This document shows, one piece after another, positions 57,663-64,000 of a DNA stretch of 64,000 bases. The notes under the pieces were generated by a model. That model was not told where the DNA came from and did not search any database. It saw only the letters and a list, made by a program, of their open reading frames with translations. Source of the stretch: an uncultured delta proteobacterium (lineage in GTDB: Bacteria; Myxococcota_A; Polyangia; Polyangiales; Polyangiaceae). The DNA lies in assembly GCA_963696385.1 (NCBI GenBank), contig CAVOKF010000008.1:640001-704000 (forward strand), in the 5' to 3' direction. The first letter of the stretch is position 1. Each line of letters starts with the position of its first letter. The translations under genes were made by a program, and so were the position numbers.

Positions 57663-57888
57663 GCGAACCCTCGAGTTTTCGTATGGGCAGCGCTTCCCCG
57701 TGAACGGCGACGCCCGCGATTCCGAGTGGTTGGCCGCCTGCATGGCGCAGACGCTTCAGCACGCCTCGTCTCGTGACGTCCCCAACACATCGGACGAACG
57801 AGCGCGGGACGTTTAGCAGGGTTATCGCGCCCTGTAAACGCGATCCAACACGGGCCGGCCGGCCGCGAACCGGCCCCCATCCGTTACA

Positions 57889-59241
57889 ATGCCTTCCGTG
57901 GATGCGCGCACGCTCGACCGGATGTACGCCGGCCACGTAGACGACCTTCGACGCCGGTACGCCGAAGTGCTCGAGACCCAGGGGTGGGATGCCGTGGTGA
58001 TCCACTCGGGCGCGCTCGTGCCCCGAAGCGCGTTCGACGACCAGGTTTGGCCGCTCCGGGCCGTCCCGCACTGGCATCATTGGCTTCCGCTGACCGAACC
58101 CGACTTCGCGCTCGTCGTGCGGGCCGGAGCCAGGCCGACCCTTTTGCGGCTCGCGACCGCGAGCTTTTGGGAACAGTCGGCCCGTCCGGAGACCGAGGCT
58201 TTCCTCGAGGTCATGGACACCCTCGACGTCACGTCGCTCGAGCAGATGGCCCGCCATGTTCCGGCCGGGCGCGTCGCCTTCATCGGCGATCCGGCGGCCC
58301 GGGCAACCCTCTGGGGGATCGGCGGCGACGCCGTCTGCCCGGGACCGCTCGTAGGAGCCCTCGATGCGTTGCGGGTGGTCAAGACGCCCTACGAGGTGGC
58401 CTGCCTCTCGGAAGCCAATCGGCGCGCCCAGGCGGGCCACGATGCGCTGCGCCACGCCTTCGGCACCTCCGACGCTTCGGAGCTCGACCTGCATCTTTCG
58501 TACTTACGGGCCACGGCGCAAGACGACCCGGAGACTCCCTACAAGAACATCGTGGCGATGGGACCTAACGCGGCGACGTTGCACCACGTCGCGTACGCGC
58601 GCAGCCCGATCCGACGCGAAGCCGAGTCGCTGCTCGTGGACGCGGGTGCAAGCTGCCGAGGGTACGGCGCCGACGTGACACGGACGTGGATCAAGGGGCG
58701 CGGGGCCGCGGCCGAACTGTTTGGCCAGCTCGTGAAGGCCGTCGATGCCCTGCAGCGCGCGCTGTGCGACGCGGTCCGAGTGGGAATGCCCTACGAGCGA
58801 TTGCACGACGAAGCGCACGTGCGTTTGGCTACGATTCTGTGCGACATCGGTCTGGTCGTCGGATCGGCGGACGAGGCGGTCGGCCGGGGCGTCACGCGAG
58901 CCTTCTTGCCCCACGGCCTGGGCCATTCGCTCGGGCTGCAGACCCACGACGTGGGCTGCGCGCTGCGTCGGCCCCGCGGCGACAACCGGTTTCTCCGCAA
59001 CACGGCCGATATCGCGCCGGGCCAAGTCTTCACGATTGAACCCGGAGTGTACTTCATCGGCGCGTTGCTCGATCCGCTGCGCGGGTCGTCGCAGGGCGCC
59101 CTCGTGAACTGGAAGACGGTCGAGTTGCTCGCTCCGCTCGGCGGGGTGCGGATCGAAGACGACGTGCACGTCCTTGCCGCCGGCGCCCCCGTGCGCAACC
59201 TGACACGCGAGCACCTGCCGTTCGCGGGCGGCGATCCGTGA
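57889..59241 (+). CDS. pepQ: Xaa-Pro dipeptidase (prolidase)
   Basis: VDAGA..YGADVTRT, PHGLGHSLGLQTHDVG, FTIEPG and GGVRIEDD motifs. Confidence 0.92.
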   Translation: MPSVDARTLDRMYAGHVDDLRRRYAEVLETQGWDAVVIHSGALVPRSAFDDQVWPLRAVPHWHHWLPLTEPDFALVVRAGARPTLLRLATASFWEQSARPETEAFLEVMDTLDVTSLEQMARHVPAGRVAFIGDPAARATLWGIGGDAVCPGPLVGALDALRVVKTPYEVACLSEANRRAQAGHDALRHAFGTSDASELDLHLSYLRATAQDDPETPYKNIVAMGPNAATLHHVAYARSPIRREAESLLVDAGASCRGYGADVTRTWIKGRGAAAELFGQLVKAVDALQRALCDAVRVGMPYERLHDEAHVRLATILCDIGLVVGSADEAVGRGVTRAFLPHGLGHSLGLQTHDVGCALRRPRGDNRFLRNTADIAPGQVFTIEPGVYFIGALLDPLRGSSQGALVNWKTVELLAPLGGVRIEDDVHVLAAGAPVRNLTREHLPFAGGDP

Positions 59242-59263
59242 CCGACCGCCGCAGACTGCCGGG

Positions 59264-60310
59264 TCAGCCGATCGGGGCGCTCACTTCGAGATCCTTCAGG
59301 ATCCCGGCGACCGCGTCGTAGAGGCTTTCGGCAATCGGGTCGCCCGCCTCGATTTCGACGAGCCTGCGGGCGACCGGGGCGTCGACGACGACCGGCACAC
59401 CCGCGTCGCGGGCGACCTTGGCGATGCGCGCCGCGAGGTCCCCCTGCCCGGTCGCCAGGACGATGGGCACCTCGTCGCCTCGGGCAACGTCGTAGCGTAG
59501 CGCGCAGGCGAGCTGCGGCGGGTCCATGACGACGACGACGGTGGCGTCGCTCGCGCTCGCGGCCGTCGCTTGGGCCAGCATCTCGTGGTGGGCGCGTTTG
59601 CGCTCGGCCTTCACCTGGGGATCGCCCTCGGCTTGCCGCTGCTCGCGGCGTGCCTCGCTCCGGGTCATCCGCAGCCGCTGCCACCAGGCGCGCCTCGTCA
59701 CGACGACGTCGACGACGGCCAGAAGCAGCCCGACGATCGCCGCCCGTCGCGCCAACCCCCCGGCCGCATCCGAGACCACGACCGGGATCCATGCGGGGCG
59801 ACCCGCGACACGGGCCCAGTCGACGACATGGCTGCGCACGGCGTCGATGGTGAGCCAACCGACGAGGAGGCAGGCCGCCAGCGATCGCGCGACCGCGAAC
59901 AGGCGCGGCCCCGACACGAGGGCGCGAGCCCCGGCCAGCGGATCGAGGCGGCCGATTCGAGGCGCGATCCGGCTCGTGGCGAGGACGCCTCCGGTCTGGA
60001 CGACTTGCACGACGACGGCCGTGGCGCCGACCGCGACGAGCATCGGCAGCGACAGCGATAAAATTCGGGGGCCCAGGCCCTCTGCGTCGACGCCGAGGTC
60101 GACGCCACCGTGAACCGATGCGGCGCGCGCGATGGCGGCGCGCAGGTCGGCCGTCGCAAGCGCGGCCAACGAGCGAATGACGCGAGGGGCCACGGCGACG
60201 GCGACGACGAACGCGACGGCCTGCCCGGCGTAGGCGCTCACGCCGGAGTCGCCCCGCTCGCGCGCCCTGCGCAAACGCCGTGGGGTCGGAGGCTCGGTCT
60301 TGTCGCTCAC
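59264..60310 (-). CDS. FlhB/EscU/YscU (SctU)-family export-gate protein with degenerate cleavage motif
   Basis: KTEPPTPRRLRRARERG, TM region, LRMTRSEARREQRQAEGDPQVK; DPPQ at the NPTH position. Confidence 0.88.
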   Translation of the reverse strand: MSDKTEPPTPRRLRRARERGDSGVSAYAGQAVAFVVAVAVAPRVIRSLAALATADLRAAIARAASVHGGVDLGVDAEGLGPRILSLSLPMLVAVGATAVVVQVVQTGGVLATSRIAPRIGRLDPLAGARALVSGPRLFAVARSLAACLLVGWLTIDAVRSHVVDWARVAGRPAWIPVVVSDAAGGLARRAAIVGLLLAVVDVVVTRRAWWQRLRMTRSEARREQRQAEGDPQVKAERKRAHHEMLAQATAASASDATVVVVMDPPQLACALRYDVARGDEVPIVLATGQGDLAARIAKVARDAGVPVVVDAPVARRLVEIEAGDPIAESLYDAVAGILKDLEVSAPIG

Positions 60311-61308
60311 CGCTTGCCGACGACAGCGTACAAGGCCTCGAGCACTTCGCGCACCCCCTCGCCGGTCGCCGCCGAGACCCGTTTCAAGTCGATGCCGCGG
60401 CGCGCCAGCTTGCGCTTGGCTTTCACCCACTGCGCGCGCACGTCGGGCAAGTCGGCTTTGCTCATGGCGACGACCTGCGGCCGCTTCGCGAGATCCGGAT
60501 CGAACCGCGCCAGCTCGGCGTTGATCGTATCGAAGTCGCGAACGGGGTCGCGCCCCTCGCCGGGGTCCACGGTGATCAAGTGCAGCAGCACACGCGTCCG
60601 CTCGACGTGCTTGAGAAAGCGCGCGCCGAGGCCCGCACCTTGCGCCGCGCCCGGAATGAGACCGGGGATGTCCGCAATGACGAAGCTCGCGTCGGCGTCG
60701 AAGGCGACGACGCCCAGATGCGGCACGAGCGTCGTGAACGGGTAGTCGGCCACGACGGGGCGAGCGCGCGAAACGGCGCGGATGAACGTGCTCTTGCCGA
60801 CGTTCGGAAAGCCCAACAAGCCGACGTCGGCCATGACCTTGAGCTCGAGCCTCAGGGTCATCTCTTCGCCCACCCCACCCGGCTCCGCGCGGCGGGGGGC
60901 CCGATCGAACGACGTCGCAAAATGAATGTTACCGCGGCCGCCCCGGCCGCCGCGCACCACGACGACCGGCACGTCGGCGGCCACGACGTCGAACCGAAGG
61001 GCGTTCGATTCGGCGTCGAAGCCCTGGGTTCCGATGGGAACGCGCACGACGAGGTCTTTGCCGGCCTTGCCGTATTGGTCCTTGCCCCGGCCGTGCTCGC
61101 CGCGGTCGGCGACCAGCCGGTGCGACATCGCCACGTCGAGCAGCGTGGCCTTGCCGGGGTCGCCGACGAAGACGACGTCGCCGCCCTTTCCCCCGTCGCC
61201 GCCCGCGGGGCCCCCGTGCGGGATGTATTTCTCGCGTCGAAAGGCGACGCAGCCGTTGCCCCCGTTGCCAGCGACGACCTTGACCTGGCAGGAGTCGACG
61301 AATTTCAC
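60307..61308 (-). CDS. obgE: GTPase ObgE/CgtA
   Basis: Gly-rich Obg fold; GFPNVGKST, YPFTT and DIPGLI motifs. Confidence 0.97.
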   Translation of the reverse strand: MKFVDSCQVKVVAGNGGNGCVAFRREKYIPHGGPAGGDGGKGGDVVFVGDPGKATLLDVAMSHRLVADRGEHGRGKDQYGKAGKDLVVRVPIGTQGFDAESNALRFDVVAADVPVVVVRGGRGGRGNIHFATSFDRAPRRAEPGGVGEEMTLRLELKVMADVGLLGFPNVGKSTFIRAVSRARPVVADYPFTTLVPHLGVVAFDADASFVIADIPGLIPGAAQGAGLGARFLKHVERTRVLLHLITVDPGEGRDPVRDFDTINAELARFDPDLAKRPQVVAMSKADLPDVRAQWVKAKRKLARRGIDLKRVSAATGEGVREVLEALYAVVGKR

Positions 61309-61407
61309 GGCCCTGTGGCGCCGCTCTGTAGCACACGCCTCAAGGAGGGCCGGGATCGCGAGCCGGGACCGAAGCCGCCGGCAAGGCGGCTTCCCGGCAG
61401 CGGCCCG

Positions 61408-61944
61408 TCACATGCTCAGAGCGCCCGTCCGCAGCAGATAGGCGAGCTTGGCGCGCTGATTGGCCTTGAGCAAGGCGTGGATACGCGCGAGCGCTCGGGC
61501 CACGGCAGATTGCACGCGCTCGGTGCTCTTCACGCGTTCGTCGGCCGCGGCTTTCGCCTTCGCCTCGTCGAATGTGTCGCCCGATACGGCATCGGCGAAG
61601 GACGACGTCGTCCTACGATGATCGACCGCGGCTTGGGCACGCTCGGTCTTGAGCTCGTCCAAGATTCCCGCGAGGCCGGTCACCTGCGCTTCGTCGAGGC
61701 CTAGCTTGAACGCGAGAAAGCGCAGCGGACGTCGCACGCCGAAGCCACCGCCGCCGAACTCGTCGCTTCCGGCACCGGAGCCATCGCCACCGCCGGACGG
61801 ACCCCCATGCCAGCCCCCACCGCCGGACGGACCCCCATGCCAGCCCCAATGCGTACCGTCATGGCCGGGCTCGTGCGGACCGCACGACCCATGAGACCCA
61901 CACCCGCGACCACGCCACCAACCAAACATTCCAGGATGCATCAC
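61408..61944 (-). CDS. Spy/CpxP/heavy-metal-binding-like helical protein with Gly/His-rich N-terminus
   Basis: KLGLDEAQ..IHALLKANQRAKLA (LTxxQ-like). Perfect 30-bp duplication at 61787-61846 (GWHGGPSGGG x2). AGGAGG Shine-Dalgarno upstream. Confidence 0.7.
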   Translation of the reverse strand: MMHPGMFGWWRGRGCGSHGSCGPHEPGHDGTHWGWHGGPSGGGGWHGGPSGGGDGSGAGSDEFGGGGFGVRRPLRFLAFKLGLDEAQVTGLAGILDELKTERAQAAVDHRRTTSSFADAVSGDTFDEAKAKAAADERVKSTERVQSAVARALARIHALLKANQRAKLAYLLRTGALSM

Positions 61945-62074
61945 AGACCTCCTCGCCGGGGCTCATCGCTCCCAGCGGGCGTTTCCGCACGCGGCAACGT
62001 GCCACGCGTGGACGCGGGCTCTACGCGCCGCGCACTCGACAGTGTGTGTCCGGCCTCCAGCCTGTCAACGGGGA

Positions 62075-62175
62075 GTCGAGGTCGGGGTCGGGGTGGTCGC
62101 CGTCGGGGTCGAGGTCGAGGTCGGGGTCGGGGTGTCGGCGTCGCGGTCGAGGTTAGGTCGGGGTCGGGGTCGGGG
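62075..62175 (+). repeat. Imperfect GTCGNN hexamer array (gtcggg/gtcgag-rich)
   Basis: Read directly; same unit as 46741-46884. Confidence 0.9.
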
Positions 62176-62447
62176 TGGCTTTGCCTAGAAAACCCCCTCC
62201 TGCCCGAGAAGCGCTCCGCTTTCTTCGGTCGCGCATGGGCGGCTGGGCGCCGGTCTCGAAAATGCTCCGCTTCAAGGACACGTCGCTGTCGGCCATCGCC
62301 ACCGGCCACAAGCCGGTGAGCACGACGTTGGTCCTCAGGATCGCGAAGTTCGTGAAGGTCGGCGTCGACGACCTGCTGACCGGCACGTTCCCGGCGCCCG
62401 GGGCGTGCCCCATGTGCGGCCATCGCCCGTCCGAGGTCGCACCATGA
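62175..62447 (+). CDS. XRE-like HTH protein with C-terminal CxxC (possibly 5'-truncated)
   Basis: WAPVSKMLRFKDTSLSAIATGHKPVS..RIAKFVKVGVDDLL; CPMCG. The start lies at the repeat edge. Confidence 0.6.
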   Translation: MALPRKPPPAREALRFLRSRMGGWAPVSKMLRFKDTSLSAIATGHKPVSTTLVLRIAKFVKVGVDDLLTGTFPAPGACPMCGHRPSEVAP

Positions 62448-62578
62448 GCCGTCCTGCTGTCCCTTCAGCTCTCGCTCGATCAGGCGAGGCCCCCGTGAAG
62501 CGAGTTGCACCGGCAGCGGGGCCCGTTCCAAAAGCGACCGAGGCGAGAGGCCCTAGGCAGGCGGTCAAGCTCTGCCGT

Positions 62579-62770
62579 TTAGTCCGCCTCGTCCTCGACG
62601 TCGATGTAGGCGTCGCTGCCGCAGACCTCAGGGCCTTCACCAAGTTCGAGGTACGCTCGCTCCGTGAGGGGCTGAATTCGAGCAGCCGCCTCGCAAGCGC
62701 GCCTCGCGAAGTCCTCGCCCGCGAGCGCGACCAATTCGGCTTGGATGGGGCGGGGGGGAAACGCACTCAC
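62579..62770 (-). CDS. Small acidic hypothetical protein
   Basis: 63 aa; GTGA overlap with the upstream gene; acidic tail DAYIDVEDEAD. Confidence 0.45.
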   Translation of the reverse strand: MSAFPPRPIQAELVALAGEDFARRACEAAARIQPLTERAYLELGEGPEVCGSDAYIDVEDEAD

Positions 62771-63324
62771 GGAGGTGTCCTCTCACAATGGTTGTAGCGC
62801 ATGGGGGATACCCGCGCCACGTAAGTGAACGGTCGAGTCATCGCCCGCAACGCGTGAACCACATGGGGCGCTGGGTCCACTACGCGCAAGTACCGCGAAA
62901 GATAAGCCTGGCCGAGGACGCTGCCAAACTCAATCGCAACGGGGATGATCCAGCGCCTAAGCGGATGAGGTCCAGGGAAACCTTCGATCATGTCGATCCG
63001 GACAACTGAACGGCCGTGACTGACGCGACCGACGGCCAGCCCGACCACCGCACCCTGAATGTGGATCGCTAGCTCATAGCGGCACGGACGGTGGGCGAAT
63101 CGTTGCTGAAGCGCGGACCAATCCCAGGTCACCTGTCGTTGTGGGTGGTCGCGCCAATACCCCGCCCATGAGGCGAGCGCTGCGTGGTCGATGGGCCCCA
63201 ACGTGATGGGGGACGGGAAAGGTCGAGCGCCGGTGGGCACCGGCAGAGATCCGCCGTTGAACATGTTCTCGGTCGTGATGCGCGCGATCTGACGCTCAGC
63301 CTCGCGTTGGCTATATGGAGTCAC
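62767..63324 (-). CDS. GNAT-like hypothetical protein
   Basis: WDW..RYELAIHIQGAVVGLAVGR..VRIDMIEG..HPLR pattern suggests a GNAT fold. GTG start inferred. Confidence 0.55.
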   Translation of the reverse strand: MTPYSQREAERQIARITTENMFNGGSLPVPTGARPFPSPITLGPIDHAALASWAGYWRDHPQRQVTWDWSALQQRFAHRPCRYELAIHIQGAVVGLAVGRVSHGRSVVRIDMIEGFPGPHPLRRWIIPVAIEFGSVLGQAYLSRYLRVVDPAPHVVHALRAMTRPFTYVARVSPMRYNHCERTPP

Positions 63325-63436
63325 GGCGGGCGGTGGCCACTCGCACGAGGGTAGCCCCGTGCGAGGTTTCACGACAAGGAGGCCGATCTTAGGCGTGTTG
63401 GAACCGGGCTCAACGCTTCCGTCCGGGCGGAAGCCG

Positions 63437-63461
63437 GTCGGGGGTCGGGGTCGCGGTCGGA
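63437..63461 (+). repeat. Short GTCGNN hexamer run
   Basis: gtcgggggtcggggtcgcggtcgga, immediately past the kinase stop. Confidence 0.7.
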
Positions 63462-63463
63462 TT

Positions 63464-64000
63464 CTAGTGCGCTGAGGTTGGCGGGGGACCCAGATGGGCC
63501 CGCGACTCGTGGAGCGTGACGGTGAGCGCAGCCGCGCCAAGAAGGGCGAGCGAGATCGCGACGAGGACGGCGATTCGGGACTTGGGTCGGCGCGGCACGA
63601 CCGTGTCGGCTTCCCGTTCCGTTCGCTCGCGATCCACCGCCGCCGGCGCCATCGCAATGCCTTGCTGCTTGGCCAGAGCGGTCAGTAGGTCGGCATGCGC
63701 CACGAGACCGAGGTCGAGCAAGACACGACCGAGCAGCTTGTCGCCGCTACGCTGTTCCTTGAGCGCGCGCTGCAGGCTTTCTTGGGTGAGCAGGCCATCC
63801 GCGACGAGAATTTCTCCGAGCCGACTGCGTGGACGCTGCCCCTCGGCGGCCCACGAGGCCTTTTGGGCGGGACCGAACGGCGCGAGTGCTTCGGAAAGCT
63901 CGCGCATGCTCTGGAAGCGTTCGTCCGGGTCGCGTTTGAGCGCCCGCATCACGATACGCGCAACCTCCACCGGCAGGTCGGGACGCACGTCGAGGGGCCA
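63464..64000 (-). CDS. Ser/Thr kinase C-terminus fused to an MshEN domain and TM helix (partial, runs off the window)
   Basis: RPDLP..RALKRDPDERFQS kinase end; RLGEILVADGLLTQESLQRALKEQ and LLGRVLLDLGLV..LLTALAKQ. Confidence 0.82.
   Translation of the reverse strand, partial: WPLDVRPDLPVEVARIVMRALKRDPDERFQSMRELSEALAPFGPAQKASWAAEGQRPRSRLGEILVADGLLTQESLQRALKEQRSGDKLLGRVLLDLGLVAHADLLTALAKQQGIAMAPAAVDRERTEREADTVVPRRPKSRIAVLVAISLALLGAAALTVTLHESRAHLGPPPTSAH

Overview
High-GC bacterial chromosome window. The gene repertoire (Hanks-type kinases, Cys-rich lipoproteins, several Uma2 genes, an orphan SctU) suggests Myxococcota/Polyangiales; this is inference only. Layout: (1) 1-22.8 kb, a surface-polysaccharide region (GT4, GT2, Wzy-like, methyltransferases, acyltransferase) split by an ffh block and carrying decayed RIT, IS21-like (Zn-finger + ParB cargo), IS1634 and IS66 elements. 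(2) 24.5-31.3 kb, a defence/TA-like mosaic: SWIM-SNF2 helicase, a MenA1/MenT1-like pair, MNT-HEPN, two Uma2 genes plus a third fragment, with two pairs of short direct repeats around sub-blocks. (3) 31.3-38 kb, signalling: a LacI-type-sensor hybrid kinase, an HD-GYP regulator and a Ser/Thr kinase. (4) 38-61.9 kb, mostly housekeeping (acs, pckG, 2-oxoacid dehydrogenase E1, metH, Nif3, RpiB, divergent H+-PPase, pepQ, obgE), plus two large lipoproteins and a FlhB/SctU homolog lacking its NPTH cleavage motif. (5) 62-64 kb, a small HTH/GNAT-like islet between GTCGNN hexamer arrays, next to a kinase-MshEN fusion. Six genes carry the same apparent extra-T-before-C frameshift, most likely consensus errors. 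I recognised no rRNA, tRNA or CRISPR array. All family calls come from reading motifs by eye, not from database searches.
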